Shown piece by piece: positions 10,184 through 19,646 of a stretch of 64,000 bases of DNA. Position numbers and translations under genes: made by a program. Below the pieces are notes generated by a model. It was not told the DNA's origin, made no database searches, and worked only from the letters and a program-made list of their open reading frames with translations. The stretch comes from a virus (taxonomy: Duplodnaviria > Caudoviricetes), in IMG/VR virus record IMGVR_UViG_2522572160_000003. One strand, written 5' to 3'. The stretch's first letter is position 1; each line of letters opens with the position of its first letter.

Positions 10184-11176
10184 TTAAAGAGTCGTTTGTC
10201 TAAGTTGATGTTCGCTGGTTTGCCGTTGCCCGTTAAGAGGTTGGCGATTCGAGCAGTTGAGGCAGGGCAGAGCCTCGGCCTGGGCAAAACCCGAGTAGTC
10301 GTTTAGAAGCTCCGCCTTACGAAGTGCACGATATTTCTCATTATGCCAGATCTCGGATATGGAGTGCTTTTTGACATCTCCCATGACCACGCCGGGGTGA
10401 AGAGATTCTTTAAACAGTTCATTAAAGCAAACAACGGCGTCACCGGTTATGCCTATGTTAAACCTTGCCCAGTGCACCAGGCAAGGTTGATGTTCCAAGC
10501 TGCCGGAGCCGCTATTGCACAGTTTTGGAATGCAATCGTTATATGTGTGGTAAGAGCGGATAAAGGCGTCATGCACCAAGCCGCTGGACTTCCAGAATGA
10601 AACGAATGCTTCATCCAACACAGGGTCTTGCGATTGAACCCGGCTGACGATAAGCCTGTTGGATCCCCGTTTTGAAATCCGCTTGTGAATATATCCGATG
10701 TTTTCACAAACCAGCTCAAAAGCGTCAATTCCCTTGGTTTCCAGATAATTCCCGGAATCAATGCTATTGACGGAAACTTCGACTATACTGGCGTAATCGC
10801 AAATGGCGTCCAGATAATCCCTCCTATTGGTGACGCCGCAAGTGAACAACCAAGGCCGGGCGTTATTTTTGTGCGCAATTTGAAGAGCTTCCGGCAACCC
10901 GGGCCACAAGACCGGTTCCCCCACCGAATGAATGCGCAAACTGGCCCAGTCATGACACCCTGTTTCAGCAGCTATTTTTTCAAATAGGCCCAGGTCAATC
11001 GCCCTTGCGCCGAAACGCATTGTCCGGTTTTCGGCCGGGGTGCTTCCCACCGGGCAGTGGGAGCAGTTGCATGGACAGGCTCCCCGGAAAACCTCAACAT
11101 TGACAATATTGGGAAATATATGAGTCTGCTTTGTTGGAAAGCCTAAACACTTCCATTGCTCCTGCGTGTCTTTCAT
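10184..11176 (-). CDS. Radical SAM protein with SPASM/twitch domain
   Basis: CPCNCSHC, SVGEP; PC...G....CF...CLNC twitch pattern. Start moved to ATG 11176 (GGAGAGG RBS), which avoids overlap with the upstream gene. Confidence 0.88.
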   Translation of the reverse strand: MKDTQEQWKCLGFPTKQTHIFPNIVNVEVFRGACPCNCSHCPVGSTPAENRTMRFGARAIDLGLFEKIAAETGCHDWASLRIHSVGEPVLWPGLPEALQIAHKNNARPWLFTCGVTNRRDYLDAICDYASIVEVSVNSIDSGNYLETKGIDAFELVCENIGYIHKRISKRGSNRLIVSRVQSQDPVLDEAFVSFWKSSGLVHDAFIRSYHTYNDCIPKLCNSGSGSLEHQPCLVHWARFNIGITGDAVVCFNELFKESLHPGVVMGDVKKHSISEIWHNEKYRALRKAELLNDYSGFAQAEALPCLNCSNRQPLNGQRQTSEHQLRQTTL

Positions 11177-11225
11177 TTTAAGCCTCTCCACCATATGAAA
11201 CAGATATGCCGATTCAGATAAAAAT

Positions 11226-13208
11226 TTAGGGTGCGCTTTTGGGAAATGAGTAAAAACCGTTTTCGGAGCGAACCTCGGCGTTCTCGTAGGGTGCGTTTCT
11301 CTCGTGATTTCCGATAAGCAACTTGCCGTTACTATCACCTATAGACAACCAGCCGCTTCTTTGACCTATAACTTGCGTCTTCCGGTCAGATGGAAAGCAG
11401 CGGAAGCCTTTCCGCTTTCCCTTGAAATATGAGTCGACCTTATGGGCAAACCAGGCTCTGTAACCAAGACACTCCTCACCGAACTCGCTTAACAGAGCCA
11501 GCTTACAAGATTCTATTTCTTTAACGCATGAAAAAACGCCTCTTGCGCCGAGATGTGTTTTATAAAGTCCCGAGTCGCGCAGCTCCTGGCGTTTAAGACT
11601 GCCGACATGCAGCACCATGACTGCAGGCTCAAGTTGCTTAAATACGCCCCCAAGACTCTGGCTCACCACCTTTCCGGAAGAATCTTTAGAAGAATCATAC
11701 CACCCGGTGTCTGACGTTATTCCAATATCAGGATAGCCGCGCGGAAACCTAAATACCAATCCGACGCCGTCTCCAAACCCATGCTTATCGCCATGCTTGG
11801 TTAACGTGGCAAATATATCTAGTTTACCGCCTTTTGAGTGAATAGTATGCTTGCGGCCCATTTCCTCATCCACATCCGTCAACGGTTGTATTCTGCCATA
11901 GTATGAAAAGTCCACAATGGACCGGGCATACATGTCAAAAACACCCTGGCTTAAATAAAAATCAACCTTATTGTCGGATCCTTTTAGCGTTTTATATAAA
12001 AGATTCAGCAAGGGGCCAAAAGTGGCGACGTGATCATAATGATCATGGGTGACTATTATTTGGGTGATCTGCGAGGGGTGCAATCCGGATTCATAAAAAT
12101 GCTTGATGAAATCAAATCCTGGATCAATGACTATGCCCAAATCCTTCCACTGCAAAAAATAACCGCCGCCCCCTCCTTGATTTTGCTTGATTGTTTCAGG
12201 GAGTAAAGGCGTGTAAGACCCCCAATCCCGCAGGACAAAAAATTTCCATTCATTCGGCGTTTTTATATTTTTTGAATTGGGTTTTGATTTGGCGTTTATG
12301 GCAGCATTAAACTGTTTGTCAGCCTTTTCTATTGCTTGTATGTTTTCCAAATAATCATGGGCGTCCTCGCCGGCAACAAAAAATAGCCAATCACGGCTAT
12401 CTTTTAACTGTTGTATAACCCTTTCGATCGCCCCAAGTTTAGGGTAAGTACCTTCTTCATGTATGCTATTTCTTAATAATAACGAATTCGGATGGAGCGT
12501 CCCATCAAGTTCATTTTGAAGAAGATCCTGAATCCACTCGGCAAGTATGTATATGGATGTATATTCAATTTTACTTGGTATACTTGCATCTGCTTTCGAG
12601 TTGTCATTTTTCTTTGATTTGTTATTATTGTATTTATTTATAGCATTTTTTGCAAAATCAGATCTTTCTTTTATACGACCACGGAGAGTAACTATCAAAT
12701 CTTTGCCGCCCTTAGAGCGCCACGCGCCCCATTTGCTGCTTATCTGGAATTTTGAAGATTCTTCCTTATTTTTTAGTGAGGGTTCCTCACTATTTATTTG
12801 TGAAGTTTTTTCAACATAATCTAATACTTGTCTAACCAATTCGGCCCACTCTGCATGCACGACGGCTGCAAAAAAAAGGAGATTCTCATCCTCGACCTCT
12901 GCGTAATTCGGAGAGCCTTCGAGGTTTCCAAATTGGCTCCAAACGCTTAGCCAAAAGAACTCGTCGGCCAACCCAAAGGTTTGGATAAAATCCTTTACAA
13001 TGTCCCCATTATGATTTTTTTCCCTGAGGGCTGTTTGAATCGCCTCATTTATTAGCTTTTCCCCCCTGAGCTTTAATGTGTAGGCGATCCCGTAATAAAC
13101 AAGTCCGTTGTTTTCTGGCTCTTTATCCAGGATGATGTTTAGAATGGTTTCCGCAAGTTCAGCTGGATTTCGCTCTGCATCCAGAACTTTAATCAACTCA
13201 TTAATCAT
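11226..13208 (-). CDS. MBL-fold metallo-hydrolase with helical N-terminal region
   Basis: GGGYFL...IVIDPG...THDHYDH (HxHxDH), TKHGD, TSDT and LHVG motifs. Confidence 0.88.
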   Translation of the reverse strand: MINELIKVLDAERNPAELAETILNIILDKEPENNGLVYYGIAYTLKLRGEKLINEAIQTALREKNHNGDIVKDFIQTFGLADEFFWLSVWSQFGNLEGSPNYAEVEDENLLFFAAVVHAEWAELVRQVLDYVEKTSQINSEEPSLKNKEESSKFQISSKWGAWRSKGGKDLIVTLRGRIKERSDFAKNAINKYNNNKSKKNDNSKADASIPSKIEYTSIYILAEWIQDLLQNELDGTLHPNSLLLRNSIHEEGTYPKLGAIERVIQQLKDSRDWLFFVAGEDAHDYLENIQAIEKADKQFNAAINAKSKPNSKNIKTPNEWKFFVLRDWGSYTPLLPETIKQNQGGGGGYFLQWKDLGIVIDPGFDFIKHFYESGLHPSQITQIIVTHDHYDHVATFGPLLNLLYKTLKGSDNKVDFYLSQGVFDMYARSIVDFSYYGRIQPLTDVDEEMGRKHTIHSKGGKLDIFATLTKHGDKHGFGDGVGLVFRFPRGYPDIGITSDTGWYDSSKDSSGKVVSQSLGGVFKQLEPAVMVLHVGSLKRQELRDSGLYKTHLGARGVFSCVKEIESCKLALLSEFGEECLGYRAWFAHKVDSYFKGKRKGFRCFPSDRKTQVIGQRSGWLSIGDSNGKLLIGNHERNAPYENAEVRSENGFYSFPKSAP

Positions 13209-13329
13209 GCCCCCTCCCCCTTAAACAATTCTACAAAGATTACGGAATCAAAACTTGTTTGAACGCAAACTTGGCATCAAGTCCGAATCGCATTGTCTTA
13301 CTTGTAAACGGCTCAACATGAGGCTCTTG

Positions 13330-14601
13330 TCACATTAATTCGGAGCCCTTTCCCAAAGCAAAGGAGCCTTGCGAATTTGGGTTATCGAAAAAAGCGGCAT
13401 TTCGCACACAATAAGGATCCGTCCCTTCCAGGCTTCCGGTAATTGCATAAGCCGATACAGGGCAGCCTCCATTGCAGCGGCGAATATAAAACAGACAATT
13501 CTTGCAGCCATCATGACTAAGAGCCCTTGCCTTTAAAAACAATTGCGATTCATGCCATAATTTCAATATGTCTGATTTGGAACCATCAGAATTGATCCAA
13601 TAGTCATGGTCGAGACCGGAAAGATAGTTGCACAGCGTAATCCTGCCGTCAGACAGGATTCCAAAACCCATTCCTCCTAAAGCGCAACTGGAGTTATCAA
13701 AAGGAAAAGGCTTGCTTCCCGGGTTGAACTCATTTTCGCAGAATACATCGTAATTGACTCTTATTCGGCCTCCCATCAAGCCGAACTCTTTTCGCAGTTG
13801 ATTTATCCAGCGCGCCGCCTCCAGAACCTCCATGGGGCTTAGCATTTGCTTATGGTCTGCACGCCCGACGGGTCTAAGCAGGCCGATGCTCAGACTGCAT
13901 TCCAACTGAGCAGCCAACTCGACCATATGCTCCAGGCAATGCTGATTGGCTTTCATCAGGACCATGTTTATGGTGATGTGCTCGGGATGAGAAGACTTGC
14001 AGCCAGTCAAGATTTTCAGCGCAGAGACGATTTTTTGATATGCACCTTTTCCTCTTATATTGTCATTGGCGCTTTCATCGCCGTCCAAGCTGACTCTAAT
14101 GTCATTAACGCCCAAGTCAACTGCTTTCACAAGAATTTCCATGGAGGAAAGCCCGTTGGTATTTAATGACGGTATCATGCCCTGGCCAACAATCACTTTA
14201 ACAATATCGAGGAAGTCTTCACGGACAGTAGGCTCTCCGCCGGTCAGGCGAATATAGTAGGTCCCCAGGGAGGCAAGGTTTTGAAGCATTTTGGAAAGCT
14301 CGGAAAACGACATCTCCTCCGCTTTGTCCGGTTGGGAAAACTTGGCGTAGCAATGCGCGCACGACAATTGGCAGCGCTTGGTCAATTCAAGGAAAATTTT
14401 CCCCGGAGTTGCAAGAGCGTTTGAAGGCAAAGGATATCCTATCTGTTCCACATTGATCTTTCTGACGCATTTTCCGTTGAGAGCCATGTCGTCAAAATTA
14501 TCGGAGGCAGCGGCATATTGATTTTTATCCAGCATTTCAATCTTCTGAGCGATAGTATCAATAATAATCCCGCCAAAATGCTCTTTTCGGAGAATATGCA
14601 T
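13330..14601 (-). CDS. Radical SAM/SPASM domain protein
   Basis: CQLSCAHC, LTGGEP, NTNG, VSLDG; full SPASM C...C...CKNC...CNGGC...DPYC. Confidence 0.93.
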   Translation of the reverse strand: MHILRKEHFGGIIIDTIAQKIEMLDKNQYAAASDNFDDMALNGKCVRKINVEQIGYPLPSNALATPGKIFLELTKRCQLSCAHCYAKFSQPDKAEEMSFSELSKMLQNLASLGTYYIRLTGGEPTVREDFLDIVKVIVGQGMIPSLNTNGLSSMEILVKAVDLGVNDIRVSLDGDESANDNIRGKGAYQKIVSALKILTGCKSSHPEHITINMVLMKANQHCLEHMVELAAQLECSLSIGLLRPVGRADHKQMLSPMEVLEAARWINQLRKEFGLMGGRIRVNYDVFCENEFNPGSKPFPFDNSSCALGGMGFGILSDGRITLCNYLSGLDHDYWINSDGSKSDILKLWHESQLFLKARALSHDGCKNCLFYIRRCNGGCPVSAYAITGSLEGTDPYCVRNAAFFDNPNSQGSFALGKGSELM

Positions 14602-14710
14602 AACCTCGATCCTTTACCCTAAAACGCCGTTTTCAAAAATCCTCATTGTATGACGCCATTTTTCAACCGGACAGCCCTTTTTTGCGCCGGCTTACCGCGG
14701 CGGTAATAAA

Positions 14711-15853
14711 TCAGACAAACCCTTTATGGTGCATGGGGCTTTTTAAATACTCAATGATTTCATTGTACTTGCTTAAAGGGTGCGTGCAATGTTTGGCGCA
14801 CGCGAACTTTTTAATCCGTGTTAGAATTTCTTGTCTTTCCTGTCCTTCAAGGATCATCTTGAGAGTTCTTCCCTGCTCATAATTGATCCGTCCAATGCGC
14901 CACTTTTGTATTGAACGAAGATTGCAGCAAGGATAAACGTCGCCTTCTGCTGTAATCACAGACAGCAAGGGAGAGGCCAGGCATCTTCCCGTGACGTGCT
15001 CAATGCCATTTGCATTTTTCATAATATAGGAGCCTCGCCTGGGAGAATTTCCTTTATAAGCGTTTAAATATTTTGCATCCTGATCTGATATCCAGTGATC
15101 AACCAGAATCTTCATGTCGCCAGTGTACCCATTGGCGGCGTCGACGAACTGTTTGCGCAATTTGAACGATTCCAGGGGACTGTTTGTGGCCTGGGCGCCG
15201 ACCTCTTCAAAAAATGGGGGGCGAAAAAGAATGTAATCGGACTTTACCTGCTCGCCAAGTTTTAACGCCGCATCCACTAAATCGATCATCCCAAAATCCA
15301 TTGCAAACGATAAACCGACAATGGGATGCCTTTGATTGGATTTATTTCTAATCTCAAGTAATTTTTTCGCGCCTCCTACAACGTGCTCAAAATCGTCTGA
15401 GCCATGAACATATCGGTGGGACGACGGCGTGGGACCATCTATGCTGACCCTGACATAGTCGGCGTAAGACGCCAATACGTCCGCAATTCCGTTTATCCTG
15501 GAACCGTTTGTTACAACTCCCACTTCGAACTTGCATTTTGATGCAGTTTCCAATAAACGAGAGAACTCTGGATGCAAAGTCGGCTCTCCGCCTCCTTTGA
15601 ACACCACACCGGCAACGCCAATTTCCTCAAATTCGCCAAAGAGCCGCTCCGCAAAGTTTAGAGAAATGCAGCTTTGCCCGTGATACGGATCAACGCACCA
15701 ACGGCATTTATGATTGCAATAATTAACAGGATCAAGCTCGACCGTAACTGGAAAAATATCCTGGCCAGCGGCAAGCGCTTCTAGCTTGGGAAGAATCGAG
15801 ACAAACTTATATGGATTCAACTCGATATCTGTAATTGAACTTCCAAACTGCAT
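14711..15853 (-). CDS. Radical SAM protein with SPASM/twitch domain
   Basis: CNHKCRWC, GGGEPTLHP, VTNG; C...GDVYPCC...C...C. Confidence 0.93.
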   Translation of the reverse strand: MQFGSSITDIELNPYKFVSILPKLEALAAGQDIFPVTVELDPVNYCNHKCRWCVDPYHGQSCISLNFAERLFGEFEEIGVAGVVFKGGGEPTLHPEFSRLLETASKCKFEVGVVTNGSRINGIADVLASYADYVRVSIDGPTPSSHRYVHGSDDFEHVVGGAKKLLEIRNKSNQRHPIVGLSFAMDFGMIDLVDAALKLGEQVKSDYILFRPPFFEEVGAQATNSPLESFKLRKQFVDAANGYTGDMKILVDHWISDQDAKYLNAYKGNSPRRGSYIMKNANGIEHVTGRCLASPLLSVITAEGDVYPCCNLRSIQKWRIGRINYEQGRTLKMILEGQERQEILTRIKKFACAKHCTHPLSKYNEIIEYLKSPMHHKGFV

Positions 15854-15865
15854 GCCGACAACCCT

Positions 15866-17170
15866 CTACTTTGCGATTTTGCTATTTATGCTATCAATTA
15901 CTCCACCATTACGTAGGATTTGCTCCGCCCGAGTCCTCCATCTTTTTACATCATTTACTCCAAAATTTTTATGCTCCAAAGCAAAACAAGACCGGCCGTT
16001 CACTCCAATCTGGACATAATCTCTAAAGTTCCGATTAATAATTTTGTATCCAAAGGAGGTCGGGCGCTTTGCGATTTCTGTGCCGGGGTAAGGAATCAAA
16101 GGATAGACCGAAAACTCGCTAAGACCAAGGTTGGTTGCTTTTAAAAAGTACTCATCAATATTTTGATCATTATCATACGGAAGTCCTACCATAAAAAAAG
16201 AACGGACCACAATGTCGGCTTCAGCGGCGTACTGCACCCGCCACTCTTGCCCAATTTGTCCTCCCTTATTGAGAATTTTTAAATTCTGAGGATTTAATGA
16301 TTCAAGGCCTACAGACATATGCACGCATCCGGCCCGCTTCAAAGAAAGGCAGTTTTTTTCCGTCAGGTGGCTCACTCGACCGAAAATCCGAAAAGAAATA
16401 TCCAACCCTGTTAATCTATCCAATACTTCATCCAAATTAGGATGTTCTGTGAAACAATCATCATTAAAACGGAAGAACCTGCATTGATCCCTAAGAGCCT
16501 CAACTTCTTTCGCAATGCTTAGCGGGCTTCTAAAAGCTACCCGCCTTGCCCCGCCCCCCATTACCACACTATTACAAAAGGCGCATCTGTGCGGACAACC
16601 GCGAGAAGCAAGGAGAGATATAACGCTTTCATTAAGAAGTTTTCGCGAATATCCACTATTGTTCACAAGATCTCGTGCAGGAAATGAAAGGGTGTCAATA
16701 TCTTCAACATGAGTCCCTTGTAGTACGCCAGCCTTGGGAGTTCCATCAATATAACTATCCAAACAACTGATCATGGCATTTTCGCCTTCTCCAACCACAA
16801 CTAAATCAACTCCTAAATCGTGTAGAGTTAGCTCAGGAAGAGCTGATGGGTTTGCTCCTCCCACGACAATATAAGAAGATGACCACGTATTGCGAATCCA
16901 ATCCACAATATGCTTAGCATATTCATGCGTTGTACAGTGGATACCGATGCCATAAACGTCTGCCTTGGGAATACTTTCTATTTTTTTATCAATATCTTGC
17001 CTATCGCTACATCCCGACATATCAAAAACGCCAATTTGTTTGAACCCCGCATCCCTAACAGCAGCTGCAATATATAGTAATCCTAAGGGGGGCTCTAAAT
17101 GGTCGTCATTTACGCATAATGATGGCGGATTAATTAACACAACAGTAAGTGTTTCTCGCGATAAAGACAT
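15866..17170 (-). CDS. Cobalamin-binding radical SAM protein (class B methyltransferase-like)
   Basis: VVLINPP...PPLGLLYIAA, VVGG, GEGE B12-binding domain; ASRGCPHRCAFC; GLES; PYPGT. Confidence 0.93.
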   Translation of the reverse strand: MSLSRETLTVVLINPPSLCVNDDHLEPPLGLLYIAAAVRDAGFKQIGVFDMSGCSDRQDIDKKIESIPKADVYGIGIHCTTHEYAKHIVDWIRNTWSSSYIVVGGANPSALPELTLHDLGVDLVVVGEGENAMISCLDSYIDGTPKAGVLQGTHVEDIDTLSFPARDLVNNSGYSRKLLNESVISLLASRGCPHRCAFCNSVVMGGGARRVAFRSPLSIAKEVEALRDQCRFFRFNDDCFTEHPNLDEVLDRLTGLDISFRIFGRVSHLTEKNCLSLKRAGCVHMSVGLESLNPQNLKILNKGGQIGQEWRVQYAAEADIVVRSFFMVGLPYDNDQNIDEYFLKATNLGLSEFSVYPLIPYPGTEIAKRPTSFGYKIINRNFRDYVQIGVNGRSCFALEHKNFGVNDVKRWRTRAEQILRNGGVIDSINSKIAK

Positions 17171-17210
17171 AAGTTATTTCCGATTGGTTCATTTTAAACG
17201 TATGAAATAA

Positions 17211-17238
17211 ATCATACTCCATAGGAATCTTTTGTCAA
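17211..17238 (-). promoter_or_regulatory. Putative sigma70 promoter of the radical SAM operon
   Basis: Minus strand TTGACA-16 nt-TATGAT, ~40 bp upstream of the 17170 start. Confidence 0.6.
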
Positions 17239-17263
17239 ACAATTACTTTGAACAATTACTTTG
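17238..17263. repeat. 13-bp tandem duplication (aacaattactttg x2)
   Basis: Read directly; abuts the -35 box. Confidence 0.85.
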
Positions 17264-17492
17264 AATTGTGTCATCATGCAGATTCAATTATTTCGGAGGC
17301 TTTGAAAAAGGCGATTTTCAGACGATTGAAATGAATGGGAAGGATAGGGTTTCCAATAATCAGTAAAAAAAATTAGCGGAACTGATTCTCCACATTAACC
17401 AACAGCTTGAAAAAACTCACCCCCCAGCGAGAAGAACGCACCTTAAATTGATCCTATCAGCGTTTACATACAACCCATCGACTGAACCGCAT

Positions 17493-17517
17493 CCTGGCCC
17501 CACGATCAAGGGCCAGG
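17493..17517. terminator. GC-rich hairpin downstream of mucR, possible terminator
   Basis: cctggccc-9 nt-gggccagg; no clear U-tract. Confidence 0.45.
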
Positions 17518-17569
17518 GGGGGATTTAGACCAGAAACTATTCAACCAGTGTTACCAACGAAAGAGCAGC

Positions 17570-18049
17570 CTATTTCTTGGGAGTCTTCTTATCAGTCGCC
17601 TTTTTATTCTTCCTTGCAGCAACCAACTTATCGGCCAAGCCTTTTTCTTTGGCTACCTTGGCGCGATCCGCAGAAAGAGACTTGCAAGATAGAGGCTGAC
17701 GCTTCTTCATACCGTATTTGGCCCGGTACTCATTAGCCGTCATACCATGCTGTTCCAGGTGTTTATTAGTCAGCATTTTGAACTCAGCCCCGCACTCAAG
17801 ACAGACCACAGACTTTTGGCGAATGGACCGTAAAGGAGCCTCCCTCAGTTTTAGCAGTTTCTCAGGAACTTCTTCAGCCGGTTCCGTTTCAACTTCGGGT
17901 GTTTCTCCCGCTTCCTCCATTGCTTTGATGGAGGCCAATGTTTGATATGCCTTGGTTAAGGCCTCTGCCATTTCTTCTGGGGTCATTTTGGCATGGGAAG
18001 CCTGGGCGGTAACCATTTCAGCGGCGAGTTCATAAAGTGATCTGGACAT
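17570..18049 (-). CDS. Ros/MucR family zinc-finger regulator
   Basis: SIRQKSVVCLECGAEFKMLTNKHLEQHGMTANEYRAKYG...PL; AAGGAG RBS. Confidence 0.92.
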   Translation of the reverse strand: MSRSLYELAAEMVTAQASHAKMTPEEMAEALTKAYQTLASIKAMEEAGETPEVETEPAEEVPEKLLKLREAPLRSIRQKSVVCLECGAEFKMLTNKHLEQHGMTANEYRAKYGMKKRQPLSCKSLSADRAKVAKEKGLADKLVAARKNKKATDKKTPKK

Positions 18050-18062
18050 GGAAGGTCTCCTT

Positions 18063-19145
18063 TTAATTATCTGGGGTGGATGATTTGCTCTTCAATTCAT
18101 TATCTATCACACCTTTGGTCATGGAAACCAATTCTTTTATTGCAGCGACAATTATTGAAGGATCCAACGTCTTGGAAATTGGAGCCGTCAATCTACCTCG
18201 TTTACGAGAGTATTTGTCATCCCAGGAAATTTGATACTTCCCTTGTAGTAGAGTCCCATCAAATTTCTTTAGATGTTCCCCCAGAAACGCAACATCATCA
18301 GATTCAAGATGCAGATCCACTTTGATCATGTCATTTTGGAACAATAATTCATAATGAACTCCATCCGGCCAGTTGACCGGCTTTACCTTGCGATATGTTA
18401 TGCCTCCACCCAACAATGTCATGCCAGTGACGGGATGTTTTTCATAATATTCGATCACAGTTGCAAAATGGGGATCGATGGACTTCTTCGCCCGAGTGGT
18501 AATGCTTTTCTTCACTTCAACGCCGAAGATCTTGGGAATTACAATTTCATATTCTTCGTGTTTGTAAAATTTGAATTCCACCCCATAGATGCCGAACTGG
18601 CTGTTCTGATTGACATATAGAATCAAATCTTTTAGCCGGTCTCCAATGGAATCCATCAGGATAACAAACTTGATAACTCCAGCCTGGAGGTTCTGACTCA
18701 TCCGTTCAATGATGCTGTCTGTCTGGGCGAATTCAATTCCAAAGAAATCGGCGACTTTTTCTTGAAAGTCCATGCCATGGGTTTTCTGGGTTTCTCTATC
18801 AAGGACGCTTAGGAATTGGGCGAAATCGGTGGTATGTTTCCACAATGCGGCGCCATAATCCAGAGCCTGAGCGATGACCGTTCGTTTGTCTGGGTTCTTC
18901 CAAAGTTTGGTCTCAATTACGTAGAGATCACCATCTTCATCGATTCCTAAAGCATCTATGGGACCTGAATTTGTGGACAGTTCCCTAACAGCTACGTAGA
19001 GGCGCTTGTTTTCCTGCAACTCATAGACAGGGATGGATTCGGGATTTCGATGAATATACTCCTGTAGCGAGTCTTCATATTCAAAAGGCGACTGATTGAT
19101 GACCTGGGCGTTTTGCCCGTGTTTGGAAATAATTATCGGCATCAT
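18063..19145 (-). CDS. PD-(D/E)XK endonuclease (NucS-like N-terminal domain)
   Basis: E..LQEYI..NP...REL.T..GPIDALGID.DG....IETK...R.VIAQALDY; AGGAG RBS before MMPII. Confidence 0.8.
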   Translation of the reverse strand: MMPIIISKHGQNAQVINQSPFEYEDSLQEYIHRNPESIPVYELQENKRLYVAVRELSTNSGPIDALGIDEDGDLYVIETKLWKNPDKRTVIAQALDYGAALWKHTTDFAQFLSVLDRETQKTHGMDFQEKVADFFGIEFAQTDSIIERMSQNLQAGVIKFVILMDSIGDRLKDLILYVNQNSQFGIYGVEFKFYKHEEYEIVIPKIFGVEVKKSITTRAKKSIDPHFATVIEYYEKHPVTGMTLLGGGITYRKVKPVNWPDGVHYELLFQNDMIKVDLHLESDDVAFLGEHLKKFDGTLLQGKYQISWDDKYSRKRGRLTAPISKTLDPSIIVAAIKELVSMTKGVIDNELKSKSSTPDN

Positions 19146-19303
19146 TGACTCCTGGCTATGTAGAGGAATTTTCAGTTTTGAAATATCATGAGACCGCAAT
19201 TGAAGCAAGTACGGTCCTCATCAATGGATCTTGAAAAAAATGAGCTTACCAGATCATCGTTTCATTAGACGATACAATTTTTAAAAAAGGGAGGTAGAAG
19301 ACA

Positions 19304-19468
19304 GATCTGGTTCATTTGACATAAGTAGGTAGACTGAGATGAATGTCACAGTTATTCAAATTCATATACTCATATACAAAGCACTATGTATACACAATGC
19401 TATTAATATCTCTCTCTTCCTTTGTAAATCCCTATTATATGGCCAAAAAAATAATTTTGTGGTCTATA
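19304..19468 (+). repeat. Direct repeat copy 2 (165 bp), paired with 7315-7499
   Basis: See copy 1; differs by scattered substitutions and a 20-bp indel. Confidence 0.95.
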
Positions 19469-19646
19469 TCCCGCCTCTACATCTCAAGGTCTACAATCGA
19501 AAGCCTACAGGCCTCTATTATCCAGGAATTAACTCGGCAGATAGCGACTTCTTCTGCGCCATCATCCCGCCCGGTAGATCATTTTTTATATAGAAATTTT
19601 TTAAATGTAACCTTGCGGGCGTCTCCAGCCGGAAGGAGTTTCTATT

